Below, piece by piece: positions 10,344 through 19,206 of a stretch of 61,778 bases of DNA; the first letter of the stretch is position 1; every line of letters begins with the position of its first letter. The notes beneath the pieces are model-generated. The model was not told the origin of the DNA and ran no database searches. It saw nothing but the letters and a program-made list of their open reading frames with translations. The position numbers and the translations under genes are program-made. Source of the stretch: an uncultured Candidatus Saccharibacteria bacterium (GTDB taxonomy: Bacteria; Patescibacteriota; Saccharimonadia; CAILAD01; JADZBC01). Location: NCBI GenBank assembly GCA_964496815.1, contig CAZCAO010000003.1, forward strand, positions 1-61,778. The letters run 5' to 3'.

Positions 10344-10891
10344 GGATAAGCTTCGAAGTCGCCGACGTGACAGTGGTTGCCGATACGCAGCCTGATTTGT
10401 TTTCGCCTAAAGGCCTCGATATGGGCACCCAGCTTTTACTTGAGTCGGTAGCTAAAGTTCCTTATTCGCAAGCACTTGATTGGGGCTGCGGCTGGGGTGC
10501 GATAGCTCTATGGCTTGCAAAGTATCGACCGGATGCCAAGGTCGACGCGCTCGATAGTGACATAGCCGCTGTTGAGACTACGTCGGCCAATGCCAAGGCC
10601 GAGAAGCTTACCAATCTCGACATCATCCCTAGTCATGGGTATGCCCAGCTTGATCCGAGCAAGCAGTATGATTTGATATGCTCTAATCCGCCAACGCACC
10701 GCGGTCGTGAAGTCGTTGATACTATGATCGCCCAGTCGTTTGACAGACTCGTGGTTGGGGGCCGACTCATGCTCGTCGTGGAGGCACGGATTAAGCCGTG
10801 GGTGGCTCGAGAAATGACGAAAGTCTTCGGTAGCTACAAAATCCTCAAGCGCGGACCAAAGAACGCAGTGCTTGTCGCTGTTAAAGTCTAG
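10337..10891 (+). CDS. Class I SAM methyltransferase (RsmC/MTS-like)
   Basis: FSPKGLDMGT, LDWGCGWG, NPPTHRG. Confidence 0.85.
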   Translation: MVRISFEVADVTVVADTQPDLFSPKGLDMGTQLLLESVAKVPYSQALDWGCGWGAIALWLAKYRPDAKVDALDSDIAAVETTSANAKAEKLTNLDIIPSHGYAQLDPSKQYDLICSNPPTHRGREVVDTMIAQSFDRLVVGGRLMLVVEARIKPWVAREMTKVFGSYKILKRGPKNAVLVAVKV

Positions 10892-10910
10892 GTTATGCTA
10901 TAATCTTGCT

Positions 10911-11096
10911 ATGGTAAACGTCAAAAAAGCAGACGAATTTTTCAAAAAAGAGATCGAAACCGCCGAGGTCGAGACAAGCGCCCACTATACGTATCGCGAT
11001 GGTTTCCGTTTGGGGCTAGGTTTCTTCGTGGGCTTTCTACTTGGGTCAGTCATCCTGACGACGGTCGTAATGGTTCTTGGCTCGATTATCAGGTAG
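10911..11096 (+). CDS. Small membrane protein
   Basis: ATG 6 nt after TATAAT (10899-10904); C-terminal TM helix GFRLGLGFFVGFLLG. Confidence 0.7.
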   Translation: MVNVKKADEFFKKEIETAEVETSAHYTYRDGFRLGLGFFVGFLLGSVILTTVVMVLGSIIR

Positions 11097-11145
11097 TATA
11101 CCTTGATTTCTAGGTGTAAATAAGGCACAATATGTGCTTAGGTTT

Positions 11146-11221
<76 letters not shown>

Positions 11222-11261
11222 GGAATTATCACCTACTATATAAACATAATGAGGAGAAGGC

Positions 11262-11687
11262 ATGGAAGAAATCGTACGAAAATCGAAAGAAAAAGCCGTG
11301 AGTGGTGCTCTTAAAACGAAGTCCGTTGCTAAAACCCAAGCTGGTGGTTTTGCCACTTTCATACGTGAGCAAGGTGTGGTTGGTTTAGCGGTTGGGTTTA
11401 TCTTGGGTGCGGCGGTAGCGAAGGTTATTACGTCCCTCGTGAATGACATCATTAATCCAATCATTGGAGGCCTCATGGGTCGTACCGAGAGTATCAAAAC
11501 AGCAGTATGGACTGTTGGATCAGTGCAGGTTGCTGTCGGCAGCTTCATTAGTTCGCTCATAGACTTTATGATTATTGCCGCAGTGGTGTACTTTGGGGTA
11601 AAGATACTTCGCCTCGACAGACTAGACGTGAAGGGTGAAAAACAGCTAGCCAAGGTCCCCGCAATTTCTGCCAAGATAGGCAAATAG
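11262..11687 (+). CDS. mscL: Large-conductance mechanosensitive channel
   Basis: FIREQGVVGLAVGFILGAA, SLVNDIINPIIG, GSFISSLIDFMI. Confidence 0.9.
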   Translation: MEEIVRKSKEKAVSGALKTKSVAKTQAGGFATFIREQGVVGLAVGFILGAAVAKVITSLVNDIINPIIGGLMGRTESIKTAVWTVGSVQVAVGSFISSLIDFMIIAAVVYFGVKILRLDRLDVKGEKQLAKVPAISAKIGK

Positions 11688-11730
11688 AGCGGTTTGAACT
11701 ATTGAGATATGCTAAAATAGCTTCAAGAAT

Positions 11731-13008
11731 ATGAAGCAAATTGTTAAAAAAATCCTCGTACGGAAGTTAACCAAGAAGGTTTCAACTCTTTTTGCAAATC
11801 GGGATTTAGTAGTCATTGCCGTAACGGGCACGGTGGGTAAGACTAGTACGAAGGTAGCCATTGCAACCGTTCTGCAGGCAGCAGGCTATAAGGTCGGCTT
11901 TACCGAGGATAGCTATAATAGCGATGTCGGCTTGCCTCTTAGTGTGTTTGGTTTGAAAGTGCCAGATAGACTTAGTAGTATCCGTGGTTGGCGCAGGGTT
12001 TTGCACCGTATGGACGAGATGATAGATGACTTTCCCTACGACGTACTTGTGCAGGAAGTTGCCGAAGACGATCTTGATTTGATGCTGCCATTTATGGAGC
12101 TGATTAAGCCTCGTATTTGTGTAGTCACAGGTGTTTCGTTGGCACATACTGCCAGGATGCAAGACATTGGCAAAATCACTCAGGACATTATTCGACTCGT
12201 CGGGCCTGCCAAAGCTATTATTTGTAATAATGACTTTGCCGAGTTGCGCGAAGCTGCGCTCAGTCCGGTCCTCACATATGCCACCCACGAGCAGGCCGAT
12301 GTTGCGTTGCTAGGGATGAAGCGTATGAGCTCTGGTACACTCGAAGCCGAAATCAAGATTACTGGCCGGACCACCAAGGTCAAGACGCAGCTCGTAGGCC
12401 GTCATAATCTTGCCGCCCTGCTTGCCGCTGCCGCCGTAGCGCATCAGCTTGAGGTGGACGATGCGATAATTGCTAAGGCATTGACTAGTGTGCCCGCTGT
12501 AAAGGGCAGAATGAATCTTTTGCCCGCCGTACAGGGTGCTCGATTGATTGATGATAGCTATAACGCTGCCAGTCCGATTGGGGTATTCGCGGCACTCGAA
12601 ACGCTTAGTGAAATGAAAGGTCGCAAGATCGCAGTGCTAGGTAATATGAACGAATTAGGCGCCAAGAGCGAAGTTGCTCATCGCGAGGTAGGTGAGGCAG
12701 CTGCTAAGATCGTAGATATGCTAATCGTAATTGGTCCAGATGCCGAGAAGTATCTTGCTCCTGCAGCAATTGAAGCGGGTATGGAAAAATCAAATGTGAA
12801 AGTTTTTCGAACGCCTTATGAAGCCGGTCATTTTTTGAAAAAGAAGTTGAGCAAAGGCGACACCGTGCTCGTTAAGGGCTCTCAGAACAAGGTATTCAGC
12901 GAAGAGGTTAGCCGAATTATTCTCGATAAGTCTCTGCGTCCACAAGATGTGTTGGTTCGTCAGTCTGCTTTCTGGCGTCGTAAGAAGAAGAAGGCGTTTG
13001 CGCAATAG
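11731..13008 (+). CDS. murF: Mur ligase, MurF-like
   Basis: VTGTVGKTS, SYNSDVG, IDDSYNAAS, LGNMNELG, VLVKGSQ. Confidence 0.85.
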   Translation: MKQIVKKILVRKLTKKVSTLFANRDLVVIAVTGTVGKTSTKVAIATVLQAAGYKVGFTEDSYNSDVGLPLSVFGLKVPDRLSSIRGWRRVLHRMDEMIDDFPYDVLVQEVAEDDLDLMLPFMELIKPRICVVTGVSLAHTARMQDIGKITQDIIRLVGPAKAIICNNDFAELREAALSPVLTYATHEQADVALLGMKRMSSGTLEAEIKITGRTTKVKTQLVGRHNLAALLAAAAVAHQLEVDDAIIAKALTSVPAVKGRMNLLPAVQGARLIDDSYNAASPIGVFAALETLSEMKGRKIAVLGNMNELGAKSEVAHREVGEAAAKIVDMLIVIGPDAEKYLAPAAIEAGMEKSNVKVFRTPYEAGHFLKKKLSKGDTVLVKGSQNKVFSEEVSRIILDKSLRPQDVLVRQSAFWRRKKKKAFAQ

Positions 13009-13009
13009 C

Positions 13010-13645
13010 ATGGATGGTGAAAAGCATTTAGACGTAGCTCATATATGGCAATTGGATCCTGATTCTCCAATTCCGGAAGACCAAAGACGACGCATGTGCG
13101 CACCTGCATCCGTCAATATGGTTTTGGACTACGTATTTGTGAAGCATGGCGAATATAGTTTCGCCCTGGATGCCATAGTGAAGGAAATGGAGAGCTTCGG
13201 CGGCAGGATAGTCGAGTATGGCTGGAAGCATTCGGCACAGGTCGATACCCTTAAGCACCATGGGCTTGTTGCATGGCGCAGGAACTGGCTCGCCCCCTCC
13301 CAAGATCCGAATTATTTTATACAAAACGAAGGTTATAATCAGGATCAAGTTGATGAGTTCTTAAGTCAGTTGGGGCAGGAGGATCAGAACGGCGGTTCAC
13401 CTCAGGATCGTGCCTGGTTTTGCATTAAACAATCGATCGACAACGGCCTACCTGTCATCATTAGCGTCAAAGCAGGCTTTAGTGAGAATGAAATAGGGCA
13501 CATGGTTGTAGTAAGTGGCTACACCAAGGATACGGTTGAGATCGTTGATCCGCTGCTTCCGCCAGGTGAACAAAAGCGTGTAGATCGAGATTATTTTTGG
13601 GAGTATTTTAAGCTTCAGGCGATTTTTGTCCGGGCTAAGACTTGA
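13010..13645 (+). CDS. C39-like papain-fold cysteine peptidase
   Basis: CAPASVNM (Cys), GHMVVVSGY (His), IVDP (Asp); ATG 1 nt after the murF stop. Confidence 0.75.
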   Translation: MDGEKHLDVAHIWQLDPDSPIPEDQRRRMCAPASVNMVLDYVFVKHGEYSFALDAIVKEMESFGGRIVEYGWKHSAQVDTLKHHGLVAWRRNWLAPSQDPNYFIQNEGYNQDQVDEFLSQLGQEDQNGGSPQDRAWFCIKQSIDNGLPVIISVKAGFSENEIGHMVVVSGYTKDTVEIVDPLLPPGEQKRVDRDYFWEYFKLQAIFVRAKT

Positions 13646-13670
13646 ACTTAACCATTTTTATTGTTAGACT
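13642..13670 (+). promoter_or_regulatory. Promoter of the Leu leader (TTGAAC-17-TAGACT)
   Basis: Exact 17-nt spacing; leader ATG 6 nt after the -10. Confidence 0.7.
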
Positions 13671-13676
13671 ATGCCC

Positions 13677-13730
13677 ATGAAAATTCAAAAACTTAACCTA
13701 CTAGCCCTCTTGCTCCGCTCGTCGCGGTAG
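13677..13730 (+). CDS. Leu-rich attenuator leader peptide MKIQKLNLLALLLRSSR
   Basis: 6 Leu codons within 8 consecutive codons, followed by antiterminator/terminator pairings, upstream of leuS. Confidence 0.8.
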   Translation: MKIQKLNLLALLLRSSR

Positions 13731-13752
13731 GTTTTTGTTGCACCCATTTTTT

Positions 13753-13782
13753 CAAAAGCCGCCGCAGGGCGGCTTTTGGTTT
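13753..13782 (+). terminator. Attenuator terminator
   Basis: CAAAAGCCGCC-GCAG-GGCGGCTTTTG 11-bp perfect stem followed by GTTT. Confidence 0.85.
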
Positions 13783-13832
13783 ACTGCCCTCGGCTTTTAC
13801 TAAACAAACCAGATTAGGATACAATAGACGTT

Positions 13833-16250
13833 ATGAAGAACGACACCCCAAAATACAACCCGCAAGAGATCGAGTCAAAATGGCAAAAGGTTTGGGCCGA
13901 GACAGGCTTGAACAAAACTCCCGATAACCCACATAACAAGTTTTATAACTTGGTTATGTTTCCGTACCCGTCGGGAGACTTGCACATTGGGCATTGGTAT
14001 AATTTTGGTCCAGCTGATACCATTGGTCGGTTTAATCGCATGCACGGTAAAGACGTGCTGCAGCCACTGGGTTATGACTCATTCGGCTTGCCGGCTGAGA
14101 ATGCCGCGATTAAGAAGGGTGTTCCAGCTGAAGTCTGGACTGATGAAAACGTAGGTCGTTTTCGTAATCAGTACAATCGTCTCGGTGGAATGTACGATCT
14201 TGATAAGGAAGTTGATACCTCTAAGCCCGAGTATTATCGCTGGACACAGTGGCTATTCTTGCGCATGCTCAAGGCCGGTAAGGCTTATCAAAATGACGGC
14301 TTGGTAAACTGGTGTCCCAAGGATATGACTGCCCTTGCCAATGAGCAGGTTATTCATGGCGAGTGCGAGCGCTGCGGTACGAAGGTAGAGCGCAAAAAAC
14401 TTAAGCAGTGGTACTTTAAGATCACTGATTATGCTGATGCCTTGCTGTATGACCTGGATGAGCTCAAATGGCCCGAGCGAGTTAAGACTATGCAGCGCAA
14501 CTGGATTGGACGTAGTGAGGGCGCCGAAGTGAAGTTCGAAGTTGAGGGGGACAAACATCTAACGGTCTACACAACTCGCCCCGACACTCTATATGGTGCA
14601 ACGTTCCTGGTTCTTGCGCCCGAGCACGAGCTGGTTGGCGAGTTAACTACCGAAGCCATGCGTGATGAGGTGGAGAAGTACGTTGAGTTAGCTGGAGCCA
14701 AGACGGATGTTGATCGCTTGGAGAACAAAGACAAGACGGGCGTGTTTACCGGCTCATATGCTATCAACCCAGTGAACAATGAGAAGTTGCCTATCTGGAT
14801 TGCTGACTACGTATTAATGGGGTATGGTACGGGCGCTATTATGGCGGTACCCGCTCATGATCAGCGCGATTTTGAGTTTGCCAAAAAGTACGACATCGAA
14901 ATAAAACAGGTTATTGCGGGCGGTGATGTGAGCGAAGCTGCCTATACTGGCGACGGTACGCTAGTTAATTCTGACGCATTGGATGGCATGGACGTTGCTT
15001 CCGCTAAGAGGGCTATCACGCAGCAGTTAGAGGGCAAGGGTAGTGGTCAGGCAAAGGTCCAATACAAGATACGTGATTGGCTAATCAGTCGCCAGCGCTA
15101 CTGGGGTGCGCCTATTCCCATTATCTATTGTGATACTTGCGGGGTAGTGCCAGTACCAGAAGATCAATTGCCAGTCGTATTGCCGCTCGGGCAAAAGTTT
15201 GATGAATCTGGCCAGTCGCCATTAGTGAATCACCCTGACTATACACATGTAGCATGCCCTAGCTGTGGCGGCGATGCCAAGCGTGAGACTGATACCATGG
15301 ACACCTTTGTGGACTCTAGCTGGTATTTCCTGCGCTATCCAAACCCGGACTATACCGAAGGGCCTTTTGATCCTGAAGCAGTCAAAAAGTGGCTACCTGT
15401 TGATAACTACATGGGTGGTATTGAGCATGCCATTCTTCACTTGCTCTACGCTCGGTTCTTTACGAAGTTCTTGCACGAGGAAGGGCTGATTAATTTCAAT
15501 GAGCCATTTATGCGTCTTATTAATCAAGGTATGATTCTTGGTTCAGACGGAGACAAGATGAGTAAACGTAAAGGTAACGTCGTAGACCCATTGGAGTATG
15601 TCGGCAAGTATGGCGCCGATGCAGTGCGTTTGTATTTGATGTTCATGGGGCCATATGAAGAAGGCGGACCTTGGGACCCTCAGCGCTTTGAAGGCACCTA
15701 TCGTTTTATTGGCAAGGTATGGGATCTGTACCGTGACTACGAAGCAGGTGAGGCGAACGCAGCTACAGAAACGGCCTTAGTGCGTCAGCTCCACAAAACC
15801 ATACGAAAAGTTACCAGCGATCTTGAGACTATTAAGTTCAACACCGCTGTTGCAGCTATGATGGAGTTTGTGAAATTTGCTTCATCGGTGCGACGCGACG
15901 GCGCGGTAAGTGAGCAGATGTGGCGCGAGGTTATTGGGCAATTTTGCCTCGTACTTGCACCTTTCACACCACACTTGGCAGAAGAACTTTGGCATGATCT
16001 GGGTAATGAAGAAAGTGTGCATTTGCAAACCTGGCCAAAATACGACGCAGAAATGGTCAAGGTTGATGAAGTAGTCATAGTGATTCAAGTAAACGGCAAA
16101 TTGCGCGGCGAGTTCCTGGCCGCCGCTGGCAGTACAAATGAAGCGCTCGAGGCTGCGGCACGTGAGCTGGCAGCAGACAAAAACTGGTATGAGGGCGAAC
16201 CAAAGAAGATTATTGTGGTACCAAACAAGCTTGTGAATATCGTCGTTTAG
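13833..16250 (+). CDS. leuS: Leucine--tRNA ligase
   Basis: MFPYPSGDLHIGH, CP1 editing domain (TTRPDT, GTGAIMAVPAHDQRD), WLISRQRYWG, KMSKR. Confidence 0.97.
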   Translation: MKNDTPKYNPQEIESKWQKVWAETGLNKTPDNPHNKFYNLVMFPYPSGDLHIGHWYNFGPADTIGRFNRMHGKDVLQPLGYDSFGLPAENAAIKKGVPAEVWTDENVGRFRNQYNRLGGMYDLDKEVDTSKPEYYRWTQWLFLRMLKAGKAYQNDGLVNWCPKDMTALANEQVIHGECERCGTKVERKKLKQWYFKITDYADALLYDLDELKWPERVKTMQRNWIGRSEGAEVKFEVEGDKHLTVYTTRPDTLYGATFLVLAPEHELVGELTTEAMRDEVEKYVELAGAKTDVDRLENKDKTGVFTGSYAINPVNNEKLPIWIADYVLMGYGTGAIMAVPAHDQRDFEFAKKYDIEIKQVIAGGDVSEAAYTGDGTLVNSDALDGMDVASAKRAITQQLEGKGSGQAKVQYKIRDWLISRQRYWGAPIPIIYCDTCGVVPVPEDQLPVVLPLGQKFDESGQSPLVNHPDYTHVACPSCGGDAKRETDTMDTFVDSSWYFLRYPNPDYTEGPFDPEAVKKWLPVDNYMGGIEHAILHLLYARFFTKFLHEEGLINFNEPFMRLINQGMILGSDGDKMSKRKGNVVDPLEYVGKYGADAVRLYLMFMGPYEEGGPWDPQRFEGTYRFIGKVWDLYRDYEAGEANAATETALVRQLHKTIRKVTSDLETIKFNTAVAAMMEFVKFASSVRRDGAVSEQMWREVIGQFCLVLAPFTPHLAEELWHDLGNEESVHLQTWPKYDAEMVKVDEVVIVIQVNGKLRGEFLAAAGSTNEALEAAARELAADKNWYEGEPKKIIVVPNKLVNIVV

Positions 16251-16334
16251 CTAAGGTTGATGCGGTTATTCATTGGCTTGTTGCCCTGCCATTGCCAATT
16301 TGGCCAAAAAGTGCTATGATCGCTAGCGAAGAAT

Positions 16335-16727
16335 ATGCTAATAAACATTCTGGATATAAGCCGAAAGCCCGAGGGGACTACCCAAACTCGTGCCATTCAC
16401 TTTGACACAATAGTAGACGTCGACTTGGCTCAGCCCATAGATGGCGAAGCCGAGATTACGGTTGTCCACCCACAGCTGTTTTCAGCACATGTGCGGGCAA
16501 CAGTAACACTGAACAGGGAGTGTGATCGGTGCTTGAAACGTTACCAGTATTTGCTGGATATAGATTTCTTCGCGGATTTTGCAGATGACCCCGAGGAGGG
16601 TGATTGGCCAATTGAGAACAATCAAATTGACCTTACGCTACCCCTTAGGGAAGAAATATTACTTAGAACCCCGCTCAAAAGCTTATGCTCTCCAGATTGC
16701 AAAGGCATTCTTGATAAGACAAACTAA
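16335..16727 (+). CDS. YceD/DUF177 family protein
   Basis: CDRCL and LCSPDCKG motifs; canonical position before rpmF. Confidence 0.85.
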   Translation: MLINILDISRKPEGTTQTRAIHFDTIVDVDLAQPIDGEAEITVVHPQLFSAHVRATVTLNRECDRCLKRYQYLLDIDFFADFADDPEEGDWPIENNQIDLTLPLREEILLRTPLKSLCSPDCKGILDKTN

Positions 16728-16743
16728 TCAATAGGAACCTTAT

Positions 16744-16911
16744 ATGCCAGTACCAAAAAAACGCACAACCAAAGCCACTAAGGGCCAACGTCGTAGCCAT
16801 GACAGCCTGACCGCCGTTCAGCTCATGACGGAGAAATCCTCTGGTTCTATCGTGCCACGCCGTTTACACAAAGCAGCTAAGCTTGGTTTAGCTCGCGTTA
16901 AGAAAGCTTAA
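16744..16911 (+). CDS. rpmF: 50S ribosomal protein L32 (Cys-free), absent from the ORF track
   Basis: MPVPKKRTTKATKGQRRSH...; 55 aa, translated by hand. Confidence 0.9.
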   Translation: MPVPKKRTTKATKGQRRSHDSLTAVQLMTEKSSGSIVPRRLHKAAKLGLARVKKA

Positions 16912-16916
16912 AATTA

Positions 16917-17390
16917 ATGGCATCCAATCGCCACCTAGGCCGTATTGTAGCTCTACAAAGCTTGTATGAGCATGATTTTCGTAGCTCCTTGCCCGAGCTT
17001 AAGACTGACATTGACGAAATCGTTAAGCGTAATCTAGAAGTCTACGGCGAAAGCATTGATGATACAAGTTTTGTTTACGATTTAGTGCGTGGGACGATTG
17101 AAAACCAAGAAAAAGAAGACGATTTGATCGTACCAGCCGCTCCTGAGTGGCCCATTGATCAGATTGCTAAAGTTGACCGCGCGATTTTGCGACTTGCTCT
17201 TTACGAGCTAGCTATCAAGCGAGATGTACCGCCAAAGGTTGTTATAAATGAGGCGGTTGAATTAGCAAAATCTTTTGGTGGAGACAACTCCAGTAAATTT
17301 ATTAATGGCGTATTAGGTACGATTTACAGACAAAGTGATTTTTATGAACCAGAAGAAGACAAACAAAAGCAAGCTGAGAAGTCAGCGTAA
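16917..17390 (+). CDS. nusB: Transcription antitermination factor NusB
   Basis: RIVALQSLYE, WPIDQIAKVDRAILRL, INEAVELAKSFG, FINGVLG. Confidence 0.95.
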   Translation: MASNRHLGRIVALQSLYEHDFRSSLPELKTDIDEIVKRNLEVYGESIDDTSFVYDLVRGTIENQEKEDDLIVPAAPEWPIDQIAKVDRAILRLALYELAIKRDVPPKVVINEAVELAKSFGGDNSSKFINGVLGTIYRQSDFYEPEEDKQKQAEKSA

Positions 17391-17850
17391 GGGCGACAGC
17401 CGCGCCAAGGCTATACCCGAGTATACCGCGGGCGGAATAGCCTATCGCACATCCGAAGGGGGCGGAGTGGAGTTCTTGTTAATGCAGGATCATCGTTCGC
17501 GCTGGACTATCCCCAAAGGTCACGTTGAGTCTGGTGAGACCTTAGAACAAACAGCTCTGCGCGAGATGCAAGAAGAAACCGGGCTGGCTAAACTAAAAAT
17601 CGTCGACAAGCTTGATAAGGTACACTTTTTTTATCGCCGCGAAGGTAAGTTAATATTTATGACAACCTTCATATTCTTAATGGAGGCTCTTGATCCAGAT
17701 GAGCCTTTGGTGCTCGAAGACACTGACTGGGTACAAGATCTGAAATGGTTTCCAGCTGATCAGGCGCGAGCTTTGATAGAATACAAAGGAACGAAGTTAT
17801 TGCTTGATATTAGTGTCAAAAAGTTAAGAGAGATGGGACTCAATGTTTGA
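17344..17850 (+). CDS. NUDIX hydrolase (Ap4A hydrolase-like)
   Basis: Nudix box GHVESGETLEQTALREMQEETGL; overlaps the nusB 3' end. Confidence 0.88.
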   Translation: MNQKKTNKSKLRSQRKGDSRAKAIPEYTAGGIAYRTSEGGGVEFLLMQDHRSRWTIPKGHVESGETLEQTALREMQEETGLAKLKIVDKLDKVHFFYRREGKLIFMTTFIFLMEALDPDEPLVLEDTDWVQDLKWFPADQARALIEYKGTKLLLDISVKKLREMGLNV

Positions 17851-18529
17851 ACAGAAAAAAATCGAAGATGTACTAGGAGTTAGCTTTAAACAGCCAGAGC
17901 TGATCAAGCGAGCATTTATTCACAGAAGTTACATTAATGAACACCCCAAAGCTGGATTAGAGCACAACGAACGGCTTGAGTTTCTCGGTGATGCTGTGCT
18001 AGAGCTCGTTGTAACGGATCACTTGTACCGTAGTTATGATAATCCTGAGGGCGAGCTAACGAGTTGGCGTAGTGCCTTGGTTAAGACCGAATCACTGGCG
18101 TCTGTGGCAGAACGCTTGGCGCTTGGACAGTACTTATTGATGTCGCACGGCGAGGTGAAGAGTGGCGGCCGGGCTCGTACTGCCTTGCTTGCAAATATGA
18201 TCGAAGCAATTATAGGTGCGATGTATATTGATCAGGGCTATGAAGTAGCAGCGTCATTTATTCACCGAGAGTTAATTGTAGGTCTTCCAGAGATACTCAA
18301 ATCAGGTGCTTACATTGATGCAAAAAGCAAATTCCAGGAGGTAGCACAAGAGCGTGATGGCATTACGCCTCATTACGAGGTTCTCGAAGAGGTTGGACCG
18401 GATCATGATAAAGTCTTTACCGTTGGCGTGTTTCTGGGCAAAAAAGAACTTGGCCGAGGAAATGGTGCTAGCAAGCAGGCTGGCCAGCAAGCAGCAGCAG
18501 CTGATGCCTTGAGTCGTTACCAAAAATAG
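17843..18529 (+). CDS. rnc: Ribonuclease III
   Basis: NERLEFLGDAVL signature, dsRBD (DAKSKFQE..GPDHDKVF..G.GASKQ). Confidence 0.97.
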   Translation: MFEQKKIEDVLGVSFKQPELIKRAFIHRSYINEHPKAGLEHNERLEFLGDAVLELVVTDHLYRSYDNPEGELTSWRSALVKTESLASVAERLALGQYLLMSHGEVKSGGRARTALLANMIEAIIGAMYIDQGYEVAASFIHRELIVGLPEILKSGAYIDAKSKFQEVAQERDGITPHYEVLEEVGPDHDKVFTVGVFLGKKELGRGNGASKQAGQQAAAADALSRYQK

Positions 18530-18560
18530 TACTTTGTTACAAAATATTGCCGGTTCTCTT

Positions 18561-18588
18561 ACCACCTAAGCCAAAAAGGTGGTTTTTG
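18561..18588 (+). terminator. Intrinsic terminator after rnc
   Basis: ACCACCT / AGGTGGT stem plus T-run. Confidence 0.65.
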
Positions 18589-18662
18589 TATTGCGGTGTG
18601 ATTGCCCTGGGGTATAGACTGCCAGAAGCGCAAGTTCTCTAGCACCCGAGGAGGTGATCCTT

Positions 18663-19103
18663 GTGCCGCAGCAAATAGTGTTTACAGTGGTCCAGGATGA
18701 CCTCGGTCATATCGTGATCGATGTGGCTACGCCGTTCAAGTGGATCACGAAAAGAGCCATCCAGGATTCGTTGCGCCTTCAGGGTCCTGACTTCGCGCTT
18801 AGCGCGCAGGAACGGTCCCTGATCGATGACCTCGATGTGTGTCCGAGAGCAAAGCTCTTGGCAGAACGATTCGAGCAAGAAGAATGGGGTTGCGGCTGGA
18901 TAGAGGTCTTCTGGGATGGCCTAGAGATCTTTGTCGCTTCTGGCACGCCTGTTTGCATCGAGAAGCTCTGTGATCAGCTCTGGGACGCTATTCAGGATAT
19001 CGCCGCTGATACCTGGTCTGGCAAACCGCCGGCTCGCAAAGATGCCTTTGGGCTATTCCCGCGTTCTCTGGGTAAGTCAGGCGTCGCATCTAGTCACTTC
19101 TAG
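18663..19103 (+). CDS. Hypothetical protein, GC-rich solitary ORF
   Basis: GGAGGTG SD 6 nt before GTG 18663; own promoter TTGCGG-18-TAGACT; 3' hairpin 19102-19130. Confidence 0.7.
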   Translation: MPQQIVFTVVQDDLGHIVIDVATPFKWITKRAIQDSLRLQGPDFALSAQERSLIDDLDVCPRAKLLAERFEQEEWGCGWIEVFWDGLEIFVASGTPVCIEKLCDQLWDAIQDIAADTWSGKPPARKDAFGLFPRSLGKSGVASSHF

Positions 19104-19206
19104 ACCTCTCGAGTTCACCTGGAGGGGTCTCGAGAACGTAATTATCCCTCTAATAATTGCCCACTGCTTATGCTTAACGGTACAATAGAACTATGCAGGT
19201 GGACGT

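Noticed and set aside
13650-13832. T-box riboswitch before leuS (also checked before proS)
   Set aside because: No UGGNACC T-box or stem I motifs; the leader-peptide model explains the sequence.
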